Origin: a bacterium
GTDB lineage: Bacteria; Krumholzibacteriota; Krumholzibacteriia; Krumholzibacteriales; Krumholzibacteriaceae
DNA length: 64,000 nt
Direction: 5' to 3'
NCBI GenBank assembly: GCA_020350885.1
Contig: CP070727.1
Span: 3,732,738-3,796,737, forward strand
Shown here in pieces: positions 18,846 to 26,801 of this stretch. The first letter of the stretch is position 1. Every line of letters starts with the position of its first letter. The translations under genes and the position numbers were made by a program. The notes below the pieces were generated by a model. It had not been told where the DNA came from, did not search any database, and saw only the letters and a list, made by a program, of their open reading frames with translations.

Positions 18846-18941
18846 AGAGCCCGCGTGTGTTGGGATTCCGTTAGGTTCAATCCCTCCCGTGCCAGATTCC
18901 GTTAGATAAGAGCCCGAGTGTGCTGAGATTTCGTTGAGCTT
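18846..18941. repeat. Imperfect tandem direct repeats (3 copies of GATTCCGTTAG-like core at about 31-bp spacing; two longer ~32-bp units AGAGCCCG(C/A)GTGTG(T/C)TG(G/A)GATT(C/T)CGTT(A/G)G) in the intergenic region upstream of the polyphosphate operon
   Basis: Direct reading: 18846-18877 vs 18909-18941 nearly identical; core at 18864, 18895, 18927. Confidence 0.6.
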
Positions 18942-19035
18942 ATGGAGTGTTTCTATCGGGCCCGAAAGGTATTATACTATAGAATGGAATTTGAATCATG
19001 TATCGCTGGGTACGATAGGAAGCGAGACTGCTGAC

Positions 19036-19203
19036 ATGGCAAAGTTGAAGGGCAAATCGCTATGCAAGATCGCCAGTAAAAAGCAATTCAAGAACAACAT
19101 TGATGACTACCGGAAATTGGTCAAACAGGCAAAGTATATCTGCCTGAAATGCGGTCGGGTTGCGAAAGCGAAGAAGAATCTGTGCGAACCCACTAAACTC
19201 TGA
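19036..19203 (+). CDS. Small Lys-rich protein with four Cys (possible zinc ribbon), hypothetical
   Basis: 55 aa MAKLKGKSLCKIASKKQFKNNIDDYRKLVKQAKYICLKCGRVAKAKKNLCEPTKL; embedded in a locally AT-rich patch; upstream part of track ORF 18934..19203 is probably non-coding. Confidence 0.3.
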   Translation: MAKLKGKSLCKIASKKQFKNNIDDYRKLVKQAKYICLKCGRVAKAKKNLCEPTKL

Positions 19204-19206
19204 GGT

Positions 19207-19824
19207 TTAGATCACCAGTCTCTCCAGCCAGAAGGGGAATCCGAAGGAATGAGATGAATCGAATGCAGGGGGCTCTGCCGCCGAGAACACGTGCTCGGCC
19301 ACCAGAAGGAGATTATCCTGAAGGACCTCCTCGCCTCCGTAGGCCTCGAATCCAATGGTCCACCACCTCCCGTCCCCGACCTCGATTGTCGTAAACTCGA
19401 GCTCGCATCCGCTTTCACACCACCGGCCGGCCTCAACGGCTCCGACCGAGCCGTCACCGGCGATCCGGTATCTTCTGAGCCATCGTCTCTTCCGCACCGC
19501 AATCCACAGCGGTCGTCCCGTTGCCGGTTCCAGGAACGGTTCCCCGGGATCGGCGAGTTCGTAACTCCACTTATACCATAGCTCGGGTTCGCCCCACACC
19601 GTTTCGTGAAAACGCCGCTCGCCGAACCGGTGCTGGCGTTGCTTCACCTCGATCCTCCCCTCGCGTAGCTTCAGGCCGAGTGAACCACCGCACCGTGTCC
19701 GGAGGTAGCAATCCGTACGGGTTTCCGGAGTGCCGGGAACGGGCTCTCCATGGAGAAACCACTCGAGGACTTCATCGGGTGCCGTTCCTTCCCGGAACCA
19801 TCTCACCTCCAGTGATGGAACCAT
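19207..19824 (-). CDS. Hypothetical protein (Trp/Arg/Glu-rich, no recognisable motif)
   Basis: 205 aa ORF in a coding-dense region, good codon usage for this genome; no family assignable by eye. Confidence 0.4.
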   Translation of the reverse strand: MVPSLEVRWFREGTAPDEVLEWFLHGEPVPGTPETRTDCYLRTRCGGSLGLKLREGRIEVKQRQHRFGERRFHETVWGEPELWYKWSYELADPGEPFLEPATGRPLWIAVRKRRWLRRYRIAGDGSVGAVEAGRWCESGCELEFTTIEVGDGRWWTIGFEAYGGEEVLQDNLLLVAEHVFSAAEPPAFDSSHSFGFPFWLERLVI

Positions 19825-19872
19825 GTCAACCTTTCGTTCAACGCTTCTAATCCATCCGTTCAGCCACTGATG

Positions 19873-21015
19873 CTACTGAAGGATCCGCGGCAGATGCTCC
19901 TCGAGAAACCGAAAGAAAGCCTCCGCGATGATACGGTTCCCCCTCGGAGAGACATGGACGATGAAAAGATCGGGTATCTCGTCGATTGACTCGGCCTTGC
20001 CTGCGAGGGCATCAATCGAATTGAAGCAGAGACACACCTTCTGCGTGCAGTAGTCGGCGACCATCGTTACACTGGCGGGATAGGTATTCGTGCAGTACTT
20101 CTGAAAGACCTCGTCCTGCAAGGGCATGATCATGATGATGGGAACCGCCCCCCTGCTCCGTACGTCCCCGATAAACGAATCCATAACGGAATACATGAGG
20201 GAGACCGGTTCCTCTTCCTGCCAGAGATCCTCCCACGGCCGTGGATTCGTATCGTCGATCCGGCGGTCCTCCTTTCCGTACAGCGCCTCGAGCCACATCC
20301 GCTTGTTGAAGAGAATCCGCAGGTATGGAAACCGGTAGATCGGGTAATTGTCCTTGTTGTACCACCAGTCTGCGGCACCAAGCCCCTGGACGAACCGCAC
20401 GTCCGTAAGCAGCCCGATATCCTCGATGGAACGTATAGGATTGGGGATGAGCTTCATTCGCCCCCCCATCTGCATGAAACGGGGTTTTGGCAGCTTGATA
20501 CCCGTCTTGGGAAAATAGAACGGACGGTACACGTTCACGAGCCTGTTGATGTTCTCGGAGTTGACACCCAGGACGGCGACGGGAACTTCGAGTGACTCTG
20601 TGATCGAGATGTATTTGAGGTACGCCTGGTCAGGACCGAAGCCACCGGTACCGAAGTTGAAGACATCTGCCTGAACGAGGGAGGACAGGTATACCTGCCA
20701 GGTCTCGTCATCATTCACATCCGTCCCGTGCATGAAGGAGTCGCCGAAGGTCGCCATCAGCGGCCTGCCGTATGTGACGGGATGCGGCCTCTCGGTGTAC
20801 TCCGTTTCGTAGTGATAGTCCCAACCGAGGCGGCTGTCGTAGTAGCGGCCGAGGCTGTCTATATCCTTTTCATCAACGACATACTGCTCGAGCTTGTAGA
20901 AGGAGAACCGCGCCCGAAACGAACGGAAAAAGATAACGGAGAAAAGTTCCAGAAAACAGATCCCCAGTACAATGCTCACTACGGTGAAGACGAACTTTTT
21001 CTGATTTCCACTCAT
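19873..21015 (-). CDS. Membrane-anchored SGNH/GDSL-like hydrolase
   Basis: 380 aa; N-terminal TM helix; FGDSFMHG (GDSx block I), later Gly and DxxH-type blocks. Confidence 0.45.
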   Translation of the reverse strand: MSGNQKKFVFTVVSIVLGICFLELFSVIFFRSFRARFSFYKLEQYVVDEKDIDSLGRYYDSRLGWDYHYETEYTERPHPVTYGRPLMATFGDSFMHGTDVNDDETWQVYLSSLVQADVFNFGTGGFGPDQAYLKYISITESLEVPVAVLGVNSENINRLVNVYRPFYFPKTGIKLPKPRFMQMGGRMKLIPNPIRSIEDIGLLTDVRFVQGLGAADWWYNKDNYPIYRFPYLRILFNKRMWLEALYGKEDRRIDDTNPRPWEDLWQEEEPVSLMYSVMDSFIGDVRSRGAVPIIMIMPLQDEVFQKYCTNTYPASVTMVADYCTQKVCLCFNSIDALAGKAESIDEIPDLFIVHVSPRGNRIIAEAFFRFLEEHLPRILQ

Positions 21016-21033
21016 TCCGTTCTCCGGCCAGGG

Positions 21034-22818
21034 TCACTGCATATTGTGCGAGACACCCCACCACAATTCAGCGAATTCCTCGAGATCGTCGAAGTCGCTG
21101 CTCCATGTCGTATACATCGTACCGATAATACCCGGAATATCTTCGGCAGCCCGGATCCACATCCTGTAATTCTCCCTGGTATCCCCATCGTAGTACGCAG
21201 CAAGTATCTGACGGTGTCCCCTTCCTGCAAAGAACTCGAGGCTCTCCCGCCTGCCGCTCCAATTCAGGATGGCGATATCAGAGGCCAGTCCCTCCCACGA
21301 ACCTTCCACGGTATTGTTGACGAGGTAGTAACCATTCCGGGCGTTGTGATGGGGATCGTACATGTCCGACCAGATAAAGAGCGCTACACCCCCGGTCGAC
21401 TCTTCGGCGACACTCCGGCACTGTGCGATGTTGAAGGCGAAGAGTTCACCCGATGTACGGTACCTCGTCATCTGCCGCGGCTCCCAACCGGCACATCGGA
21501 TCTCGTTGTGCGACATGAGATAACCATCAGGATCGAGCGCCTCATCGAGCCGCCGCACCTGCTCGCCGCATAGAACGAAGACAGCCGGCTCGTCCATGCT
21601 ACAGGCGACCTGCCCGGTGTGCACGATCACCGCATGGTAACACGAGAGAAGGACGCGCTCTCCTGGGACGATGCGGCTTTCCGGCGTCAGCCGAATAGGG
21701 GGTGGATCGTGTCTGGTATCGTATGAGCCGGGCCACCGGGTCTGTCCAAGACCACTATCGGCGATATACTCGAAATCATCTCCCTCCCGGTATATGGTGC
21801 CATCGATACCTGTGATACGCAGGGGCAACGAGTCGCGGCGAAGCAGGTTGAGAGTGGGAACGGCATCGATTCGCAGATCGTCCCACCACACCGTGCCATC
21901 TCTCCCCCCCCATACGCCCACGTAGATCAAGACACTGGAGTTATCGAGGCTGTTGAAGGTTACACGTTGCTCTATCCAATCGGTTGTGAGATCCTCCACC
22001 CGCCTCAGGTACCGCACCCCATCGCCTTCCCCGGTAACGAGGTCCTGCCACTGGAGGGTGCGATCCCCGGCACTTACCACGATCTGAACCTTGTCCGCCG
22101 TAAGATGCCGCGCCCGCATCCAGACACGGATACGGTACTGTTGCCAGGGACGCACGGCGATTTCCTGATAGAATCGACCGAGTCCCGACTCGGCGTCGCC
22201 CCCGGCCTCGATCCTGAGAGATGCACCGCCTTCCCTGACATGCTGGGTGTCGATGAACGAGGTCTGTCCCGGTCCATCCTGGAAGCTGTAGGCGATGAGC
22301 CTATTCCCACGGTGCTTCTCGAAGGAGCCGTTCTCGAGGATCGCTGTCTGCTCCGGCACGAGCAGACCGTTTCTCTCTCTGAGTGGGGCGTCCCGTACCG
22401 GCATGCCCGAGGCGAGATTGGGATCATGCCACAGGAGTGAACCCGAACGGCCGAATGGAAAGACAGACACGATGAATTCGAGATCGGACTCACGAGCCGC
22501 CCGGCGCACCGCTCGAGCATTCTTCAGCCAGCGGTGCGCCTCTTTGAGTTCCCACCATGTAAATGTCTTGAAATCGTCGAAGAGAATGCCGTTGTACCCG
22601 GCATGCCGTGCCCGCTGAAAGAGCGAGTCGAGCTTCGGCACATTTTCATCGATATACAGGTTTGTAGAAATGTAGACCCAGCGCTTCTCCCATTTATTAC
22701 CGTCCCCCGTCCGCTTCCGGCACGCGGGACCGGGCGAACTGCAGACAGCACAGCAGAGCAACACTGTGATTCCCGAACGTAATCTCATGAAGCACATTAT
22801 ACACCACTTGACCTTCAC
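21034..22818 (-). CDS. Lipoprotein, putative glycoside-hydrolase-like (TIM-barrel type) with central beta-sandwich carbohydrate-binding-like insertion
   Basis: 594 aa; lipoprotein-like signal (LLCCAVCSS); N- and C-terminal halves aromatic/acidic-rich like glycosidase barrels; central region (RIEAGGDAESGLGRFYQEI...WWDDLRI) resembles CBM/galactose-binding-like fold; true start may be the MRLRSG Met. Confidence 0.35.
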   Translation of the reverse strand: MKVKWCIMCFMRLRSGITVLLCCAVCSSPGPACRKRTGDGNKWEKRWVYISTNLYIDENVPKLDSLFQRARHAGYNGILFDDFKTFTWWELKEAHRWLKNARAVRRAARESDLEFIVSVFPFGRSGSLLWHDPNLASGMPVRDAPLRERNGLLVPEQTAILENGSFEKHRGNRLIAYSFQDGPGQTSFIDTQHVREGGASLRIEAGGDAESGLGRFYQEIAVRPWQQYRIRVWMRARHLTADKVQIVVSAGDRTLQWQDLVTGEGDGVRYLRRVEDLTTDWIEQRVTFNSLDNSSVLIYVGVWGGRDGTVWWDDLRIDAVPTLNLLRRDSLPLRITGIDGTIYREGDDFEYIADSGLGQTRWPGSYDTRHDPPPIRLTPESRIVPGERVLLSCYHAVIVHTGQVACSMDEPAVFVLCGEQVRRLDEALDPDGYLMSHNEIRCAGWEPRQMTRYRTSGELFAFNIAQCRSVAEESTGGVALFIWSDMYDPHHNARNGYYLVNNTVEGSWEGLASDIAILNWSGRRESLEFFAGRGHRQILAAYYDGDTRENYRMWIRAAEDIPGIIGTMYTTWSSDFDDLEEFAELWWGVSHNMQ

Positions 22819-22875
22819 TGTACCAAGCGGATACTGGCATTCCGTCCGGACTTCGAGAGTTACCGAGCAGGTGAG

Positions 22876-23484
22876 CTATTTTTTCGCTTTCTCAACCGGC
22901 ACGAGGATCTCGACGGAGCCGCACAATTCCCCCGCCTCGTTCGGTTGTGGGGCACGAAGATATCGCTCCATCATCGGGCCGGCGGGGACGAAGCCATTCT
23001 TTTCGATCCATTGGTATATTTCCTCGTATGCTTTTCCCATTTCCTCTTCTGAGAACGCCCCCTTATACCCGCGTGAGGCCATTGTGGTGAATTTCCATTC
23101 CTTGATCTTCAACGGTTCCTTCACCTCATGCTTCTCGAGCAGGCGGAAACCGATCTCCCACAAGAGATCCTCCTCGGCAGTTGTCTGAGGATCGTTCCAA
23201 TAGATGCCGAAGGGAATGTCATCGTATGCAACAGCCTGCTTCATCGTCTCACCGTAGAGGGTCATAAAGGCGGTCGTATGCTGCTCATAGCTTCCCTTCA
23301 TCTCCAGTGCACAATACGTGAAGGGTTCGGTTTCCTTCAGCTTGATGATCTCCGTCTTCGTCTCTTTCTCCGCCACCGGCGTCTTTGCCTTCGCATCCTT
23401 CTGTTCTACCTCCTGCGTCCATACAGCTTGAGTACAGAGACCGATGACCGCCGACGCCACAACCATCACCAGAACTTTTCTCAT
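22876..23484 (-). CDS. Secreted GyrI-like (AraC-effector-binding / SOUL-like) small-molecule-binding domain protein
   Basis: Start at MRKVLVMVV signal peptide; overall pattern of GyrI-like fold proteins (two tandem half-domains, conserved aromatic/Glu positions). Confidence 0.45.
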   Translation of the reverse strand: MRKVLVMVVASAVIGLCTQAVWTQEVEQKDAKAKTPVAEKETKTEIIKLKETEPFTYCALEMKGSYEQHTTAFMTLYGETMKQAVAYDDIPFGIYWNDPQTTAEEDLLWEIGFRLLEKHEVKEPLKIKEWKFTTMASRGYKGAFSEEEMGKAYEEIYQWIEKNGFVPAGPMMERYLRAPQPNEAGELCGSVEILVPVEKAKK

Positions 23485-23597
23485 ATCATCTCTCTCCTTC
23501 CTCTGAGAACACCTTCTCATCGATACGATCCATCCCCACCGGGTCATCGAGGTTCCGAACCTGCCCTTCCGTCACCGGCGTACCCTCGAGCATCTCC

Positions 23598-23996
23598 CTA
23601 CTTCTGCCATACTGCATACCCCTTTTCACGAAGCATCCTGGCCAATTCGATCTCCATCTCCCGTGCATCCTCGTAGGATAACGGATTGTATTCCTCATAC
23701 AGGAGAGGACGTAACCTCAAACCGTACCGCTTTACGAACCTGTTCGACTTATAACCGGTCTTATGATTCTCGAAACGCTCCTCTGGTGTCAAGCCGGTCG
23801 AACCAACATAGAGGCAATCCATCGATGGACCGTGATCGGGATTGGCCGTTGCGAACTTGGGCTCCTGCAAGACATCCTTGTCCAGCTCGATTACATAGAC
23901 ATGATGGTGTTTACGATCAGACAACCGACCCTCGTTACCATAATACCAGCAATTACGTGTGATTATCACCTGTCGATGAGCTTTGCTATCAGCCAT
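23598..23996 (-). CDS. GIY-YIG nuclease superfamily protein (UPF0213-like small GIY-YIG)
   Basis: HHHVYVIELD ... CLYVGSTGLTPEERFENHKTG ... NRFVKRYG ... EMEIELARMLREKGY: GIY / YIG / Arg / Glu core motifs; start set at MADSKAHRQ. Confidence 0.5.
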   Translation of the reverse strand: MADSKAHRQVIITRNCWYYGNEGRLSDRKHHHVYVIELDKDVLQEPKFATANPDHGPSMDCLYVGSTGLTPEERFENHKTGYKSNRFVKRYGLRLRPLLYEEYNPLSYEDAREMEIELARMLREKGYAVWQK

Positions 23997-24127
23997 CCCA
24001 TCACCACTCCGACGATTACACCGGCGATGGTCCATAGAAAGAGGTTATGGACGAGGACACCGATGGTCAGCCCGATGCCCGCACCAAATAAGAAGCCATA
24101 TCCGATTCCTGCAGTCGTCCTACGCAT
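23966..24127 (-). CDS. Tiny (53 aa) glycine-zipper membrane protein, hypothetical
   Basis: My translation MRRTTAGIGYGFLFGAGIGLTIGVLVHNLFLWTIAGVIVGVVMGWLIAKLIDR; GGAG 7 nt upstream; below ORF-track size cut-off. Confidence 0.2.
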   Translation of the reverse strand: MRRTTAGIGYGFLFGAGIGLTIGVLVHNLFLWTIAGVIVGVVMGWLIAKLIDR

Positions 24128-24507
24128 GCCACATCTCCATCGTTCGAGATAATCGAGAGCATTCCCGGTGACCAGCGTTCGAGCACGGATGTGATATCAC
24201 GAATCCGATTCGAGCCCGTAGGCACCCACGTCGGCAATTTGTCACCGGATCTAACAAACCACGACCGATGCACTCGGTGCCGGTCGTCGTACAACGCTAC
24301 CATACGGTTAGCACGTTGGCAACTTCAGCCTTCGTAACAGGCTCGAAAAAAATCTTTAAATATTATAAAGAATCAGTATTATGGGTACGGTTATTGCCTA
24401 GCAAAACATATCACCTAAGGTCTTCTCACACGGGATCCGCTGCACCTTCGTTCTCGGCATCACGGCTCATTGCGCTGATAGCACATGGATACAAGGGGGA
24501 ATATACA

Positions 24508-26763
24508 ATGCCGATTCCGGAGTCCCGAACATCTTTCATCGATTTTATTGAAAAGACAGGACCAGCCTTCGTGATTCTGGATCGTACAGGAGCATTCCGG
24601 TACTTCAACGAACGATTCGCTCGGCTGTTTGGATATTCGAGAGATGAAATGAAGGCTCGAGCGATCGATACCATCGTCCAATCCGAAGACGTCGATTCAG
24701 TTATTTCGATACACGGGCGTTGCCTGAATGGAGAGGATCCGATGTCCCGTCATGAATTCAGGGGAATAAAGAAGGACGGTTCCATCGTAGATCTCGAGAT
24801 CGACATATATGCACTCAAAGAGGATGGCCGGATTACGGGCACACAAGTCTTTCTCTGGGACATCACTGAGCGAATAAGAATCGAAGAGAATATCCGTAGC
24901 ATAGAACACGAACAAGCAATGATCCTCGATACCCTTGCCGAGCATGTCATCTACTACCAAGGCGATGATATGCGGATCATTCGTGCGAACAAGGCGGCAG
25001 CAGACTCTTTAGGTTTATCGATCGGGGACCTGATTGGGAAACGTTGTTACGATCTCTGGCACCACCGAAGCGAACCATGTAACGATTGCCCCATTGTGGA
25101 GGTTTTCAAAACGCATAAGCCGGTTGAACGTGAGGTGATATCACCCGATGGGCGGAATTGGCTAATAAAAGGGTACCCGGTCTTCGGCGAGGAAAATGTT
25201 CTCCGGGGCGCGGTTGAGATCACTATGGATATCACCGAAAAGCGTAGGGCCGAAGAATCGCTGCGTGAGAGTGAGGAAAAATACAGGAATGTCGTCGAGC
25301 ATGCAAGTGATGGAATCGTTATTGCTCAGGGCGACACTCTCATGTTCGCCAATAGTAAGGCCAGTGAGATTCTCGGATATCCAGCCGAAGAGCTGATCGG
25401 TATGATGTGGGAAAAGCTGGTCCCTGCGGACGTACGCGATATCTCTCTGAAGCGCTATGACCGGCTCATGGAGGGTGTCGAAGACGAACAGCGTTACGAG
25501 CTCACGGTTCCCGACAGTAAAGGAGAACAAAAGCTGCTCGATGTGTATGTAAATAAAACCTCACTGGAAGGGGATCCTGCAATAATCATCTTTTTCAGGG
25601 ACATAACAAAGCAGCGGAGACTCGAGGAGGAGATCCAGAAAGCGGAGCAGCTGGAATCGATCGGTATTCTGGCGGGCGGGATCGCCCACGACTTCAACAA
25701 TATCCTGACGGCGATCCTCGGTAACATCACGCTCGCCACCAAGCAGACGGGAGGCAACAAATCGCTCCGTGAAGCGCTCTGCGATGCCGAAAAGGCGACT
25801 CTGCGGGCACGCGATCTCACTCAGCAGCTCCTCACCTTCTCCAAGGGCGGAGAACCGATCAAGGCGATAGCATCGCTTGGCGAACTCATCCATGAATCCG
25901 CCAGTTTCGCACTCAGGGGTTCGAATGTGAGTTGCGAATACATGCTCCCGAATACCCTGTGGAACTCCAATATCGACAAAGCCCAGGTCAGTCAGGTGAT
26001 TCACAACCTGGTGATCAACGCCGTCCAGGCGATGCCCGGTGGTGGAACAATCTTTGTTGCAGCAGAGAACATTACGATCGGTAATAAAAATATCATAAAT
26101 CTCGAGCCGGGTAACTATATCAAGGTATCGGTACGGGACAAGGGGATCGGTATCGCACCCGAGTATATCGAACATGTATTCGATCCGTACTTCACAACAA
26201 AAAAGCGCGGGAGCGGCCTCGGCCTGGCGGTGTCATACTCGATCATTAAAAAACACCACGGTCATATCACTCTCGAATCGGAACTCAACAAAGGAACGAC
26301 ATTCTATATATATCTTCCGGCCACACATGAGGAGATTACTGTTACTCCGTTTGAACACCATGAGGAGTTCATCAAACATCAAGGCAGGATACTTCTCATG
26401 GACGATGAGGAGATAGTGCGCAAGGTTGCAAAACGAATCATCGAAGAAATCGGATTCACGGTCGTAACGGCCAGTGACGGCGCGGAAACGATAGAACTCT
26501 TTTCTGCAAGCAAGGAGAAAGGCAATCACTTCGATGCAATCATCATGGATCTGACCATTCCGGGAGGCATGGGAGGTCTCGAAACGATTCGTAAGCTCCG
26601 TGAGATCGATCGAGAGGTCCGGGTGATTGTTTCGAGTGGATATTCCAACGATCCCGTGCTCGCCAACTACGCGGAATACGGATTCAACGGCTACATTCCA
26701 AAACCGTACAAACTCGGCGAAATGAGAAGTGCGCTCTCGAAGGTTCTCTCCGATAAACACTGA
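24508..26763 (+). CDS. Hybrid sensor histidine kinase: 3x PAS - HisKA - HATPase_c - receiver (REC)
   Basis: Start MPIPESR with AAGGGGGA RBS; PAS repeats (FRYFNERFARLFGY, ITERI, DITEKRRAEE, DITKQRRLEE linkers), H-box GIAHDFNN, N/G1/G2 boxes (VIHNLVINAVQAM, DKGIGI, GSGLGL), C-terminal REC with LLMDDE ... DAIIMDL ... KP. Confidence 0.85.
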   Translation: MPIPESRTSFIDFIEKTGPAFVILDRTGAFRYFNERFARLFGYSRDEMKARAIDTIVQSEDVDSVISIHGRCLNGEDPMSRHEFRGIKKDGSIVDLEIDIYALKEDGRITGTQVFLWDITERIRIEENIRSIEHEQAMILDTLAEHVIYYQGDDMRIIRANKAAADSLGLSIGDLIGKRCYDLWHHRSEPCNDCPIVEVFKTHKPVEREVISPDGRNWLIKGYPVFGEENVLRGAVEITMDITEKRRAEESLRESEEKYRNVVEHASDGIVIAQGDTLMFANSKASEILGYPAEELIGMMWEKLVPADVRDISLKRYDRLMEGVEDEQRYELTVPDSKGEQKLLDVYVNKTSLEGDPAIIIFFRDITKQRRLEEEIQKAEQLESIGILAGGIAHDFNNILTAILGNITLATKQTGGNKSLREALCDAEKATLRARDLTQQLLTFSKGGEPIKAIASLGELIHESASFALRGSNVSCEYMLPNTLWNSNIDKAQVSQVIHNLVINAVQAMPGGGTIFVAAENITIGNKNIINLEPGNYIKVSVRDKGIGIAPEYIEHVFDPYFTTKKRGSGLGLAVSYSIIKKHHGHITLESELNKGTTFYIYLPATHEEITVTPFEHHEEFIKHQGRILLMDDEEIVRKVAKRIIEEIGFTVVTASDGAETIELFSASKEKGNHFDAIIMDLTIPGGMGGLETIRKLREIDREVRVIVSSGYSNDPVLANYAEYGFNGYIPKPYKLGEMRSALSKVLSDKH

Positions 26764-26801
26764 CCTTTTCCCATTAATTCCAGTGACTTAAACATTCAAA
26801 T

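Noticed and set aside
24268-24507. 80-codon upstream extension of the histidine kinase ORF
   Set aside because: The region is AT-rich and promoter-like with many rare codons. A strong RBS (AAGGGGGA) precedes the Met at 24508, where the first PAS domain begins.
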